Positions 50,113 through 60,657 of a stretch of 64,000 bases of DNA are shown one piece after another. Every line of letters starts with the position of its first letter. Positions within the stretch are counted from its first letter, which is position 1. Position numbers and translations under genes: made by a program. Source of the DNA: Candidatus Limnocylindrus sp. (GTDB taxonomy: Bacteria; Chloroflexota; Limnocylindria; Limnocylindrales; Limnocylindraceae); NCBI GenBank assembly GCA_040397175.1, contig JBBAWM010000001.1:57976-121975 (forward strand). Reading direction: 5' to 3'. The notes below the pieces were generated by a model that ran no database searches, had not been told where the DNA came from, and saw only the letters and a list, made by a program, of their open reading frames with translations.

Positions 50113-51682
50113 CGGCGTGGTGACCCCAACGCAGGGGGGCATTCTCGTTCTCGATTTCGGCAGCCAGTTTGCGCAGCTCATCGCGCGCCGCGTGCGCGAG
50201 CTGAACGTGCACTCAGAGCTGATCCCATTCGATACGCCGCTCAGCGACATCGTGGCGCGCAAGCCCGCGGGGATCATCTTGAGCGGGAGCCCGAGCTCGG
50301 TCTACGACGCCGACGGCCCAAAGCCAGACCCTGCCCTTTGGGAGAGTGGTTTGCCGATCCTAGGGATTTGCTACGGCGTACAGCTCATGGCACAACAGCT
50401 CGGTGGCGAGGTTGGACCCTCAGCACGACGCGAATACGGTCCTGCCGACATTCGAATCAGTGATCAGCCGAACCCACTGCTCGCCGGGATTGCGGGTGAC
50501 GGTGGGCTGACCCGCGTCTGGATGAGTCACGGCGACTCCATCACCAAGGCGCCCACTGGTTTCACCTCGATCGCCGACACCGACTCCACTCCGTTTGCCG
50601 CGCTGGCAGATGTCAGGCGAAATCTCTGGGGGATTCAGTTCCATCCCGAGGTGGTGCACACCCCTGGTGGTAAGCGGTTGCTGCGCAACTTTGTCTACGA
50701 CATTGCCAAGGCCCCAGCGAACTGGACATCAGGAAGAGTTGCTGAAGATGCCATCGCCGCTATCTCCGCACAGGTCGGCCCAACCGATCGAGTCCTCTGC
50801 GCCCTTTCAGGAGGGGTCGACTCCGCTGTTGCCGCCGCACTCATTCACCGCGCGATCGGGGATCGTCTCGTCTGCGTCTATGTGGATCACGGTCTGATGC
50901 GCAAGCGCGAATCTGATCTGCTCCGCGAAGTCTTCGCCAACACGCTCGGGATGACGATTCACATGGTTGATGCGGAGGACCGGTTCCTGGGTGCACTCAG
51001 TGGTGTGGAAGACCCAGAAGAGAAGCGCAAGATCATCGGCCGGGAGTTCATTCGCGTCTTCGAAGAGGAGTCTACGAAGCTCGGCGAATTTAAATTCCTG
51101 GCACAAGGAACACTCTACCCAGACGTGATTGAATCCACCTCCAAGGAGACGAAGGCCGCGCAGAAGATCAAGACCCACCACAATGTCGGCGGCCTCCCCG
51201 ACGACTTGAAGTTCGAGCTTGTTGAGCCGTTGCGAGCCCTCTTCAAGGACGAGGTGCGGGCGGTTGGGCTCGAGCTCGGCCTCCCTGAGTCCGTAGTCCT
51301 ACGCCAGCCGTTCCCGGGCCCAGGGCTCGCGATTCGCATCCTTGGTGACGTCACAAAGGAGCGACTCGACACGCTGCGTGAGGCCGATTGGATCGTGGTC
51401 GATGAGATCAAGAAGGCTGGACTCTATCGCAACATTTGGCAGTCATTCGCTGTGCTCACACCGATGCGCTCCGTTGGCGTAATGGGCGATGGGCGCACGT
51501 ACGGCAATGTGCTCGCACTGCGCGCCGTAACGAGCGAAGATGGGATGACCGCCGACTGGGCCCGACTCCCGTATGACCTCATTGAACGCATCTCGGCGCG
51601 CGTCGTGAATGAGGTGCCCGGTGTCACGCGTGTGGTGTACGACGTGACCTCAAAGCCACCCGCCACGATTGAGTGGGAGTGA
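50102..51682 (+). CDS. guaA: GMP synthase (glutamine-hydrolysing)
   Basis: [50 protein letters not shown]. Confidence 0.98.
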   Translation: MGASGVVTPTQGGILVLDFGSQFAQLIARRVRELNVHSELIPFDTPLSDIVARKPAGIILSGSPSSVYDADGPKPDPALWESGLPILGICYGVQLMAQQLGGEVGPSARREYGPADIRISDQPNPLLAGIAGDGGLTRVWMSHGDSITKAPTGFTSIADTDSTPFAALADVRRNLWGIQFHPEVVHTPGGKRLLRNFVYDIAKAPANWTSGRVAEDAIAAISAQVGPTDRVLCALSGGVDSAVAAALIHRAIGDRLVCVYVDHGLMRKRESDLLREVFANTLGMTIHMVDAEDRFLGALSGVEDPEEKRKIIGREFIRVFEEESTKLGEFKFLAQGTLYPDVIESTSKETKAAQKIKTHHNVGGLPDDLKFELVEPLRALFKDEVRAVGLELGLPESVVLRQPFPGPGLAIRILGDVTKERLDTLREADWIVVDEIKKAGLYRNIWQSFAVLTPMRSVGVMGDGRTYGNVLALRAVTSEDGMTADWARLPYDLIERISARVVNEVPGVTRVVYDVTSKPPATIEWE

Positions 51683-52155
51683 CGAGCAGCCCTGAGCGCC
51701 TCCCCTCGCCGGGGGCGAGCTACTTGAAGCAGAAACCACTCCTCCTTGAGGGCCGACCAGACGCCACCGTGCGCACGGGGATGAGTACGCCAACCACGAT
51801 GCCCGACAACTGGTGGGTTGGCCTGATGTGGGCGGAGGACGATGAGGGTGTCGTGAGTTGTCGCGAGGTTGCCCCAGTCGCGGGACCGCCACCAACGCCG
51901 CCACTCCAGCGAATCGGGGAGCTCATGACGAATGGACTCGGTGACCTCCTCGCCGTCGAGGAGGGGCGCTCCTGCCTGAAGCTGCGTCTCCTTGGCGATC
52001 TTGCGAACGTGAGCGAGCCCTGGCGCCGCCCGCTGGCACTCCAGGTGGCGGCCAAGTGGGATCCGATGCGAATCGCTACGATGACTGAGACGAAGGTTGC
52101 CGAGGCGGCACTCGACGCCTTCACTCGTGCGATCGAGGTCGCGCACCGACCCTGA
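51679..52155 (+). CDS. Hypothetical protein
   Basis: Fills the guaA-UPF0182 gap with GTGA overlap and genome-like codon use; alternative start ATG 51781; no recognised motif. Confidence 0.6.
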   Translation: MTSSPERLPSPGASYLKQKPLLLEGRPDATVRTGMSTPTTMPDNWWVGLMWAEDDEGVVSCREVAPVAGPPPTPPLQRIGELMTNGLGDLLAVEEGRSCLKLRLLGDLANVSEPWRRPLALQVAAKWDPMRIATMTETKVAEAALDAFTRAIEVAHRP

Positions 52156-52182
52156 AGCACCGCAGCAGGAGGGGGTTCAATC

Positions 52183-55179
52183 ATGAGTGATCCGTTTAAG
52201 GATTTCCTTGAAGAGCTAGAGCGTCGCCGTGGTAGCGGAGCCCCTGACGCGACAAACGCTGACGCGACCGACTCTGACACGCCTCAAGAGGCTTCACCAT
52301 CGCGCACGCGTGCACGTCGCCCGGGCGGCGGTACGCCGCGCGGGCGACGACCGACGTTCAAATTCGGTTTCCGCACCCTCTTCCTGCCACTCCTCCTCGT
52401 GCTCGTCGTGGTTGGCGGGCCACTCGTTGGCCTGCTCACCGACGCCCGCTGGTTTGAATCACTCGGCGCCGGCGCCCTCTACTGGCAGCGGCTGCAACTT
52501 CAAGGGGGACTCTTTGTTGGCGGAACGCTCGCCGCATTGGCACTCTTGATGCTGAGCCTCGTTGTGGCGGGGCTCATCTCCCGCCGCCTCGGCGGTGCAT
52601 CGACAAGCGCTGGCACGCCAAGCGAGCCACGAACCCCGCTCATGGATGATCGTGGAAATTTGCGTCCCGAGGGGATCCTCGACTCCCTGCGCAGCATCTT
52701 TAGCAGCGATGTCGATGGTGCGGCGCGCAGTGCGGGTGCCACGATCGGCAACGGCGCCCTACGAATTGGTGCCGTGGTGATCGCACTCCTTATCGGCGCG
52801 CAGGTTGCCGCCAACTGGCAGCAAATTGCGCTTTGGCAGAACGCCGTGCCATATGTTGCCGACGGCACTGCCGTCGATCCAATCTTTGGACGCGACATCT
52901 CGTTCTATCTCTTTAGCCTCCCCGTCCTGCGCCTTGCGCAAGGCCTTGGCATCCTGCTGCTTGCTGGCGCAACGGCCCTTGCCGCGCTGCGCTACCTTCC
53001 AGCACTCGGCGCCCGAGGACTCGGTGGCGTGGGCACACTGCCGCGCCTCCACCTTGCGCTGCTCCTTGGTGGGCTCCTCTTGGTTACCGCATATGGGTAC
53101 CAGCTCGACAAGCTTGACCTGGTCTACTCACAGAACGGCGTTGCGACCGGTGTCTCGTACACCGATGCAACGGCGCGCATCCCCGGACTCGACGCGCTCA
53201 CCGTCATTGCGGCACTCGCCGCCGCCTTCTTGGTTGGCGCCGCGGTGACGCGCTCAACGTGGCCGCTGGTGCTCACCGTAACCTTCTGGGTCGGCGCCTC
53301 GGTGGTGCTCACCGGCATCTATCCAGAGTTCGTGCAGCGTTTCCAAGTCACGCCGAATGAGTACGCGCTCGAAGAGCCCTACGTTGCCAACAACATCCGC
53401 ATGACGAGGTTGGCGTTCGGCCTTGATGGCTGGGTCGAGCGCCAATACGACGGATCGGCGGATCTGACCACGGCGGCGATTGCCGACAACGCTTCATCGT
53501 TCGCCGATGCGCGCCTCTGGGACTACCGGCCGCTACAGGCAACCCTCGATCAGCTCCAAACCGTGCGCCAGTACTACAACTTCTCCGACGTCGATGTCGA
53601 TCGTTACGTGATTGATGGGAAGCAGCGCCTGGTCATGCTCTCTGCGCGTGAATTGAACCCCCAGCGTGCCCTTCAGTCGGCAACCTGGGTGAATCGTCGC
53701 ATTGCTTTCACGCATGGCATTGGGGTTGCCATGGTCCCGGTCGCTGGGGTGGCGAGCGGTGGACTTCCGCAACTGATCATTCGCGACATCCCACCTGTTT
53801 CGAGCGGTGGCGCCCCAGTGGTGAGCGAGCCGCGCATCTACTTCGGCGAACTTGATGATGATTGGGTGATCGTCGGCGCGAAGACAGAGGAGTTCGACTA
53901 TCCGGTCGGCGATGATGCCAGTGGATCGGGGAGCTCGGGCGACGCAACAACCAAGTGGAGCGGAACGACCGGGATTGCCCTCAATACCTTCTTCGATCGC
54001 CTCCTCTTCGCCGCGCGATTGGGCGACCTGAACCTCTTGATCAGCGATCAGATCACCGCCGACAGCCAGCTCCTTTGGCGCCGAACGATCAGCGAGCGCG
54101 TCACGGCCCTCGCCCCGTTTGTCACCTGGGACTCCGATCCGTATCTGGTGATCCGTGCTGACGGAGGCCTGAGCTACGTTGTCGACGGATACACAACGAG
54201 CGATCGATTCCCGAATGCCGACGCAGCAGAGGGGAGCAGGGTCAATTACCTGCGCAATAGCGTGAAGGCAACGGTTGACCTCTATACGGGCGACACCGCG
54301 CTCTACCTCGCTGATGCGAAGGATCCGATCGCGCTGGCGTGGTCGAAGGTTTTCCCAGGCCTGCTCCGCCCGCTCGAGACCATGCCGGCCGATCTTCGTT
54401 CGCACCTGCGCGTTGGGGCAAACGGTTTTGACGTCGCAACACGCATCTACGCGAAGTACCACGTGACCGACCCACAGACCTTCTACCGTCAGGACGACGT
54501 GTGGACGGTGCCTGAGTCGGCCGCCGGATCACAGTCGCTCCCAGGGGAGTCGTACTACGTGCGCGTTCGCCTTCCAGGTGAAACTGGCACGGAGTTCACC
54601 CTGATTCAGCCACTCGTCCCCACGAGTCGACCGAACATGATCGCCTGGATTGCCGCGCGCAACGATGGTGACGCCTACGGTCAAGTTGTGGCGTACCGCT
54701 TCCCGAAGGACACGTCGGTCTTCGGTCCAAGCCAGGTTGGTGCCCGCATCGATGCGGACCCCATCATCTCGGCACAGACCACGCTGTGGGATCAATCGGG
54801 CTCAACCGTCACGCGCGGAAACCTGATTGTGACGCCGATCGGCGGCACGGTCGTGTACCTGCAGCCGGTCTATCTGCAGTCAACGTCGAGCTCCTTCCCA
54901 GAGTTCCAGAAGATCGTCGCTGCAACCTCTACCAAGGTGGTGTGGGGGAACACGCTCTCCGAAGCACTCAACCTTCTTGTCGGCGGTGGCGTGATCGATC
55001 CGGGTGGTGGAACCAATCCAACCGACATTGCGGGACTCGTCTCAAAGGCTTCAACGCTCTTTGCTCAGGCACAGGCTGCACTGAAGGCGGGCGATTTTGC
55101 AACGTACGGTGTGCGCATCGGTGAGTTGCAGGCTGTACTGAAGGAGCTCTCGAAACTCACGGAGAACAGCACGCCGTAG
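52183..55179 (+). CDS. UPF0182 family membrane protein
   Basis: DPIFGRDISFYLFSLP, NIRMTRLAFGL, RLWD, DVDRY, HGIG, PRIYFGE, NYLRNSVKATVD, RGNLIVTP. Confidence 0.93.
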   Translation: MSDPFKDFLEELERRRGSGAPDATNADATDSDTPQEASPSRTRARRPGGGTPRGRRPTFKFGFRTLFLPLLLVLVVVGGPLVGLLTDARWFESLGAGALYWQRLQLQGGLFVGGTLAALALLMLSLVVAGLISRRLGGASTSAGTPSEPRTPLMDDRGNLRPEGILDSLRSIFSSDVDGAARSAGATIGNGALRIGAVVIALLIGAQVAANWQQIALWQNAVPYVADGTAVDPIFGRDISFYLFSLPVLRLAQGLGILLLAGATALAALRYLPALGARGLGGVGTLPRLHLALLLGGLLLVTAYGYQLDKLDLVYSQNGVATGVSYTDATARIPGLDALTVIAALAAAFLVGAAVTRSTWPLVLTVTFWVGASVVLTGIYPEFVQRFQVTPNEYALEEPYVANNIRMTRLAFGLDGWVERQYDGSADLTTAAIADNASSFADARLWDYRPLQATLDQLQTVRQYYNFSDVDVDRYVIDGKQRLVMLSARELNPQRALQSATWVNRRIAFTHGIGVAMVPVAGVASGGLPQLIIRDIPPVSSGGAPVVSEPRIYFGELDDDWVIVGAKTEEFDYPVGDDASGSGSSGDATTKWSGTTGIALNTFFDRLLFAARLGDLNLLISDQITADSQLLWRRTISERVTALAPFVTWDSDPYLVIRADGGLSYVVDGYTTSDRFPNADAAEGSRVNYLRNSVKATVDLYTGDTALYLADAKDPIALAWSKVFPGLLRPLETMPADLRSHLRVGANGFDVATRIYAKYHVTDPQTFYRQDDVWTVPESAAGSQSLPGESYYVRVRLPGETGTEFTLIQPLVPTSRPNMIAWIAARNDGDAYGQVVAYRFPKDTSVFGPSQVGARIDADPIISAQTTLWDQSGSTVTRGNLIVTPIGGTVVYLQPVYLQSTSSSFPEFQKIVAATSTKVVWGNTLSEALNLLVGGGVIDPGGGTNPTDIAGLVSKASTLFAQAQAALKAGDFATYGVRIGELQAVLKELSKLTENSTP

Positions 55180-55189
55180 CGGTGCTCGA

Positions 55190-56161
55190 ATGAACATGGT
55201 GCCGCGTCCAGGCCTACTGCAACTTGCGGGTCGCGAGGCGCCCGCACTGTACGTGATCGGGCTCACCTTCACGGTGGTGGGACTGAGCGCACTAGTTGCT
55301 GGGATCGCTGGCGCGGGGGCTGGTGCGGTGATCCTTGCCCTGGTGCTTGCGGGCGTTGGTGGTATCGCCCTCTCGGGGGCTTCCGCGCTGCAACGGCGTG
55401 TCGATACACCCGCCGCAGGGTGGCGTGGGCCGGGTCCGTTGGCGATCTTCTGGACGACCATCCCCTGGGCACTTCTCGCGCAGCTCATCGTCAGTGCGCT
55501 GTTCACCGCAGTTGGTGTCGCAGCCGTCCTGCGGACGCCGTTCGGAACACTCGCCTTGGCCGCCGCATCGAACCTTGCGACAATGTTGATCATCGGCCTC
55601 GTCGTCGTTGGCAGCGGCGCCGTGCGCTGGCGAGATCTCATCCTCTCCACACCAGATGCGTCACCAAATACGCTGCCGCCACCCGATCGTCGCGGTGGCC
55701 TCCTCGGCGATCTCTTGTGGGGTGTTGCCCTTGCTCTTCCGATCTTGAGCGCCGCCGGACTCTTTGCGGCGCTCGTGATGAACGGTACTGGCGTCGGTGC
55801 CCCTGCGGTGCTCCCGCCAACCTCCACGATGACAGAGCTCGCTGCCAACGCCCTGACGGCCGGACTGATCGCGCCGATTGGTGAGGAGCTGCTCTATCGC
55901 GGCGTCATCGCACAGGCGTGGGCTCGGCAATCAACCGCACGCCGAGCGATCCTCTTCTCTGCAGTCGTCTTCGCCTTCGCGCATACGTTAACCGTCGGAG
56001 GCACGTCGGTTGCCGACGCGGTGAGCGTTGCCGCCGTCGCATTTCTCGTACGGCTCCCGCTCGGCATCGCCCTTGGCTGGCTTTGGGTTCGGCGCAGATC
56101 GTTGGTCGCGACCATCGCCCTCCATGCTGTGTACAACCTCGCCATCGTCGCGCTCTCGTAA
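55190..56161 (+). CDS. CPBP (Abi/CAAX) intramembrane metalloprotease
   Basis: APIGEELLYRG, FAFAH, IALHAVYN; multiple TM segments. Confidence 0.88.
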   Translation: MNMVPRPGLLQLAGREAPALYVIGLTFTVVGLSALVAGIAGAGAGAVILALVLAGVGGIALSGASALQRRVDTPAAGWRGPGPLAIFWTTIPWALLAQLIVSALFTAVGVAAVLRTPFGTLALAAASNLATMLIIGLVVVGSGAVRWRDLILSTPDASPNTLPPPDRRGGLLGDLLWGVALALPILSAAGLFAALVMNGTGVGAPAVLPPTSTMTELAANALTAGLIAPIGEELLYRGVIAQAWARQSTARRAILFSAVVFAFAHTLTVGGTSVADAVSVAAVAFLVRLPLGIALGWLWVRRRSLVATIALHAVYNLAIVALS

Positions 56162-56300
56162 CGCGACAAAACCAAACGCGCTAGGTACGCGGCGCGCGAG
56201 AAGATCACCGTGCCTTCGGTAGGGTGGCGGGAAAACGGCGGGCTCGCCACGCTGCCGGGGGTGCCAACTACGGCCGCTCGATCTACGTCGCGGAGGTTCG

Positions 56301-56978
56301 ATGAGTCTCGCCTTGGCTGCCACCGCCACGATCGACGTGCGTCAAGAACAGCTCGATCGCGATACACGTTTCATTGCAGCACTCGAGTTCCTCCTGTCGG
56401 AGAGTGGGTCAACGCACACTGCGGCTGAGTTGGTTGAGCTCAGCGATGGGCCGGAGGGACTCCTGCGAGGGGACACGTTTGGCCGACTGCTACGCGCCGG
56501 CGTACCGAACCAGACTGCGGAGCATGTCACCCGCACCATCAGCGCCGCACACGATCTCACCGCCTGGTGGCCGGCAGAACGAACACGCGTGCAGGCGCCG
56601 GCTGACCTTGCCGCGATTGCCCAACCGCTCTTTGGCAGATCGGCACACGAGCAGCTCCACATTGCCATCGTCGATGGTCGAAACGGGCTCCTCGACATGC
56701 GCCATGTCTACACGGGAACCGCTACGGGCACGAGTGTGCGCATCGGTGAGCTTCTGCGGCCGGTCCTTGCGGCCGAGGGTGTTGGCTTCGCCGCCGTCCA
56801 TAACCATCCGAGCGGCGACCCCGAGCCTTCCGATGAAGACCTTCGGCTGACGAGCGAGCTCCTCGCTGCCGCCCGACTACTCGACCTTGAGTTCCTGGAC
56901 CACCTCGTCATCGGGCACGGTCGCTGGGTAAGCATTCGTTCGAAGCGGCCTGCGATCTGGGGTGGCGAGGCGCCATAG
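56301..56978 (+). CDS. radC: RadC/JAB-domain protein
   Basis: HEQL, VHNHPSGDPEPSDED..LT, LDHLVIG; upstream of mreB; GGAGG SD. Confidence 0.88.
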   Translation: MSLALAATATIDVRQEQLDRDTRFIAALEFLLSESGSTHTAAELVELSDGPEGLLRGDTFGRLLRAGVPNQTAEHVTRTISAAHDLTAWWPAERTRVQAPADLAAIAQPLFGRSAHEQLHIAIVDGRNGLLDMRHVYTGTATGTSVRIGELLRPVLAAEGVGFAAVHNHPSGDPEPSDEDLRLTSELLAAARLLDLEFLDHLVIGHGRWVSIRSKRPAIWGGEAP

Positions 56979-57020
56979 GGGGAGGGCAGGGGTGCGCGGG
57001 GTGGGTGCTACCATCGCGCC

Positions 57021-58073
57021 ATGCTTGACCGAATCTATAACCTCTTCTCGCGCGATATCGGGATTGACCTCGGCACGGCCAATACGCTGGTACACGTTGC
57101 GGGCAAGGGCGTCGTCATTAGCGAGCCGTCGGTGGTTGCAGTTGAGACGAAATCACGGAAGGTGATCGCCATTGGCGCCGAAGCGAAGCGCATGCTCGGC
57201 CGCACCCCCGCAAACATCGTGGCGATTCGACCACTGCGCGATGGCGTGATCTCCGATGCGGCGGTAACGGAACAGATGATTAGCTACTACGTGCGCAAGG
57301 TGCACCAGGGCGGATGGCTCTCTGCGCGACCACGCATGATCATTGGCATCCCCTCAGGGGTGACCGAGGTAGAGAAGCGTGCCGTGCGTGACGCCGCAAT
57401 TCGAGCGGGCGCACGTTGGGTTCGCCTCGTTGAGGAGCCGATGGCTGCGGCGATCGGTGCTGGCCTTGCCGTCGGTGAGCCAAACGGGAGCATGATCGTT
57501 GACATTGGTGGCGGCACCACCGAGGTTGCCGTGACCAGCCTTGGTGGCATCGTCACCGCGCGCAGTATTCGAATCGCGGGTGACGAGATGGATGAGAACA
57601 TCGTTGCCTACGCCCGACGTCAGTACAACCTCCTCCTCGGCGAGCGCACTGCTGAAGACATCAAGATGGCCGTCGGATCAGCGCACTCTGGCGAGTGGGA
57701 CTCTCAGCGCATCACCTTCCGCGGACGCGATCTGCTCACCGGCTTGCCGCGTGCAGTAGAGGTTGCAGCGCCGCAGGTGCGCGAGGCGCTTGAGCCGTCC
57801 ATCGTTGAAATCATCAACGCCGTACGGGACACCATCGAAGAGACGCCGCCAGAACTCGTTGCCGACATCATGGATCAAGGCATCGTGCTCGCGGGTGGTG
57901 GTGCACTCTTGCTCGGCATGGATGTGCGCCTCGCGGCCGAAACGAAGATGCCAGTTCGCATCGCCGATGATCCGTTGACCTGCGTTGTGCGCGGCACCGG
58001 CATCATCCTGGAAGAGGTTGAGGCGCTCGAGAAGATGCTCGTCCCTGAGACCTACCAGCGGCCACTACGCTAA
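57021..58073 (+). CDS. mreB: Rod-shape determining actin-like protein MreB
   Basis: IGIDLGTANT, RPLRDGVI, EEPMAAAIGAGL, DIGGGTTE, GERTAE.IK, AGGGALL. Confidence 0.97.
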   Translation: MLDRIYNLFSRDIGIDLGTANTLVHVAGKGVVISEPSVVAVETKSRKVIAIGAEAKRMLGRTPANIVAIRPLRDGVISDAAVTEQMISYYVRKVHQGGWLSARPRMIIGIPSGVTEVEKRAVRDAAIRAGARWVRLVEEPMAAAIGAGLAVGEPNGSMIVDIGGGTTEVAVTSLGGIVTARSIRIAGDEMDENIVAYARRQYNLLLGERTAEDIKMAVGSAHSGEWDSQRITFRGRDLLTGLPRAVEVAAPQVREALEPSIVEIINAVRDTIEETPPELVADIMDQGIVLAGGGALLLGMDVRLAAETKMPVRIADDPLTCVVRGTGIILEEVEALEKMLVPETYQRPLR

Positions 58074-58080
58074 TCTCGCC

Positions 58081-58956
58081 ATGCTCCCCCGAGACCGTGG
58101 CGAACGGAATCCGCAGGCTGGCCTCTTCGCAATTGGCGTTGTACTCGCCATCAATGGACTCCTCTTCCTCCTCTCCGGCAGTGCGCCGGTGCTCGCGGTG
58201 CAGGGCGCCGCGGGAGAGTTCGTGCGGACGGTCAGCGAGCCTGTAGCGGCAGTCGGACGGGGGATCGCCTCTGTGCGCGACCTCTTTGTCGATATTCGTA
58301 GCGTGCAGGCTCGACTCGCCGCGCTGCTTGAAGAGCGCGATCAGCTCAGCGCTGAGGCTGCCCGCTCTGCCAGCTTGGAGCGTGAGGTAGCCGAACTGCA
58401 GGCCACGCTCGACCTCCGTGCAACGACCTCGTTCACGACGGTCGCCGCTCAGGTTGTCGCGCGTGATTTCGCGATCGATCGGCGATATGTGATCTTGGAT
58501 GTTGGGAGCGTCGACGGCGTGCGGGTCGGTGACGTTGTGATCGGCGCTGGTGCATCCCTGGCTGGGCGCGTCGTGCAGGTGTCAGACCAGAGCTGTCAGG
58601 TGCGGCTCCTTACCGACCCCGAATTCTCGGTCACCTCTGAGGTCGCGGCAACAGGTGCGATTGGACAGGTTCGAGGTCGAGCGGCGAATCCACTCGCCTT
58701 TGACGATGTTGACGCCCAACGCCAGGTGCTTGTTGGCGCCGAAATCACGACCTCTGGGATCGAATTGAGCCCAACGTTACGCTCCGCGTTCCCGAGGGGA
58801 CTCTCCGTGGGCCGAGTCGTTGCGGTGAACAACATCGCCTCTGCCGTTCTCCAGAGCGCTGATGTTCAGCCAACGCTCAACTTAGACTCAATCAGAACGC
58901 TGTTGGTGATCCTCAATTACCGCGGCGGGCTGCCTGAGCCGAGCGTGACGCCGTAG
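58081..58956 (+). CDS. mreC: Rod-shape determining protein MreC
   Basis: N-terminal TM, coiled coil, AQVVARD, LDVGSVDGV, LAGRV, V.LLTD, TSG...FPRGL.VGRV. Confidence 0.9.
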   Translation: MLPRDRGERNPQAGLFAIGVVLAINGLLFLLSGSAPVLAVQGAAGEFVRTVSEPVAAVGRGIASVRDLFVDIRSVQARLAALLEERDQLSAEAARSASLEREVAELQATLDLRATTSFTTVAAQVVARDFAIDRRYVILDVGSVDGVRVGDVVIGAGASLAGRVVQVSDQSCQVRLLTDPEFSVTSEVAATGAIGQVRGRAANPLAFDDVDAQRQVLVGAEITTSGIELSPTLRSAFPRGLSVGRVVAVNNIASAVLQSADVQPTLNLDSIRTLLVILNYRGGLPEPSVTP

Positions 58957-59728
58957 CCGCTCGCTTCGACATCTTCTTCTTGTAGGCGGCGATCACTCGC
59001 TTCGCTGGACCATCCGCCACGATCCGGCCACCTTCAAGCTCAATGGCTCGCGTGCAGAATGTTGCCGCAGAGTCGAGATCGTGCGTTACGAAGACGATTG
59101 CCCGCGCCCGCCTCACCAGCTCGGTAATGCGACTACGTGATTTTGCAATGAATGCGGCATCACCAGTAGAGAGCACCTCATCAAGCAGCAGCACATCGGG
59201 CTCGACGGAGGTGGCGACGCTGAAGCCCAACCGAGCGCGCATACCAGAGCTGTAGGCACGCACCTCGGCGTCGGCGAAATCTTCGAGCCCGGAGAATTCG
59301 ATGATTTCTGGCACGCGTTGGACCATCTCCCTGTGTGGGACGCCAAGGAACTCACCAACGAGGAGGGCATTCTCACGAGCGTTCAGTTCCGGGTCAAACC
59401 CCGCACCAAGCTGAAGGAGCGTGGCAATCTTTCCGCGAACCTCGACCTTTCCGACCGTTGGTTCGAGGATGCCGGCAAGCACCTGCAGCATCGTGCTCTT
59501 TCCCGCACCGTTCGGGCCAATCACTGCAACAGACTCTCCAGCCTCTACGCGAAAGTCAACCTCGCGCAGCGCCCAGAACTTGCCGCTCTGGGAGTGCCGT
59601 CCGTCGCGCATCACGGTGTCGCGAAGCTTGCGCTTCTTGTTCAGGCGCAAGTCGTACTGCACCCCAAGCCCGGAGAGCAAGATTGGCGGCGGTGTCGGTG
59701 TTACCCGCTTTGACGTTCGCTGTGCCAT
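58913..59728 (-). CDS. Polysaccharide/teichoic-acid ABC exporter ATPase (Wzt/TagH-like)
   Basis: FWALREVDF, GPNGAGKST, LGAGFDPEL..REN, YSSGMRARLGF, DEVLSTGD. Confidence 0.92.
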   Translation of the reverse strand: MAQRTSKRVTPTPPPILLSGLGVQYDLRLNKKRKLRDTVMRDGRHSQSGKFWALREVDFRVEAGESVAVIGPNGAGKSTMLQVLAGILEPTVGKVEVRGKIATLLQLGAGFDPELNARENALLVGEFLGVPHREMVQRVPEIIEFSGLEDFADAEVRAYSSGMRARLGFSVATSVEPDVLLLDEVLSTGDAAFIAKSRSRITELVRRARAIVFVTHDLDSAATFCTRAIELEGGRIVADGPAKRVIAAYKKKMSKRAATASRSAQAARRGN

Positions 59729-60583
59729 CTAGAGCACCTTCACAAAGAGTGGTGAAACCCGTCGAAAGAGGTAGACCGAGAGCAGGATCACTGGAATCGA
59801 GGCGAGGGCGAGAAGGCCGAGTGGCACCCAATCTGGGGAGCGGCCGTAGTAGAGGGCATCACGGTAGCCGGAGAAGATCCAGGTGAAGGGATTGATGTCG
59901 ACGAAGAAGTTGAACCAGGGGTGTCGTGCGCCAATGGCACGGAGCGTCTCGATCGGAAAGAGCGCTGGCGAGAGGTAGAACCAGATGCGCAGCGCGTGGG
60001 GGATGAAGTTGGAGATATCACGGAAGAAGACCGCCAATGCGCTGAGGGCGATCACCGCGGGGATGGTCCAGAGGAACTGCACGACGGCGACGGGGAGAAC
60101 GGCGATGGCCCAGGGGCTAAGCCGATCGGGATAGATCAGGTAGAGCGCCCCAAGCGGCACGAGGGCGAAGAGGAAGCTTGTGACGCTCGCAAGCACGGAG
60201 GCCGCTGGAAGGACGAGGTGAGGGAAGGCGATCTGGCGCATCACCTGCTCACGACCGCGCACCGAGGTCGTGGCAGAGGCAAGCGCAGCGGTGAACCACT
60301 TCCAGGGGAGGATGGCCGCGCCGAGGAAGAGGAGGATGGCTGGTTGGCTGCGATGGAAGATAACGTTGACGAGCAGGAAGTACACAAAGAGCTGCAAGGC
60401 CGGGTCAAGGAACCACCAGATGTTGCCAAGGAGCGAGTTCGTCCCCTTGTTTCGGACCTCAGAGATCGTCAGATACCAGACGAGGCGGCGGCGCTCAACA
60501 AGTGAGGCGAGGCTCTCGAGGATGGTGCCAATGCTGCCTCGGCGCGGCCTACCGACGGTCAGTTCCGTGCTGTGGGTCGTCAT
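59729..60583 (-). CDS. Polysaccharide/teichoic-acid ABC exporter permease (Wzm/TagG-like)
   Basis: SLLG.IWWFLDP, LPWKWF, VFFRDI, WFYLSP..FP, NP..W.FSGYRDAL. Confidence 0.9.
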   Translation of the reverse strand: MTTHSTELTVGRPRRGSIGTILESLASLVERRRLVWYLTISEVRNKGTNSLLGNIWWFLDPALQLFVYFLLVNVIFHRSQPAILLFLGAAILPWKWFTAALASATTSVRGREQVMRQIAFPHLVLPAASVLASVTSFLFALVPLGALYLIYPDRLSPWAIAVLPVAVVQFLWTIPAVIALSALAVFFRDISNFIPHALRIWFYLSPALFPIETLRAIGARHPWFNFFVDINPFTWIFSGYRDALYYGRSPDWVPLGLLALASIPVILLSVYLFRRVSPLFVKVL

Positions 60584-60657
60584 GAGAGGGCGAGGATAGC
60601 ACCCGTCCCCCCTATACTGCCCCTAACCAGGCACCTACTGAAGGAGGATCGCTGAGC

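Noticed and set aside
56162-56300. Possible riboswitch or LexA box upstream of radC (gtggcggg/ctcgccac stem, GGGAA)
   Set aside because: Stems are no stronger than expected at this GC; no cobalamin-riboswitch core and no GAAC-N4-GTTC site
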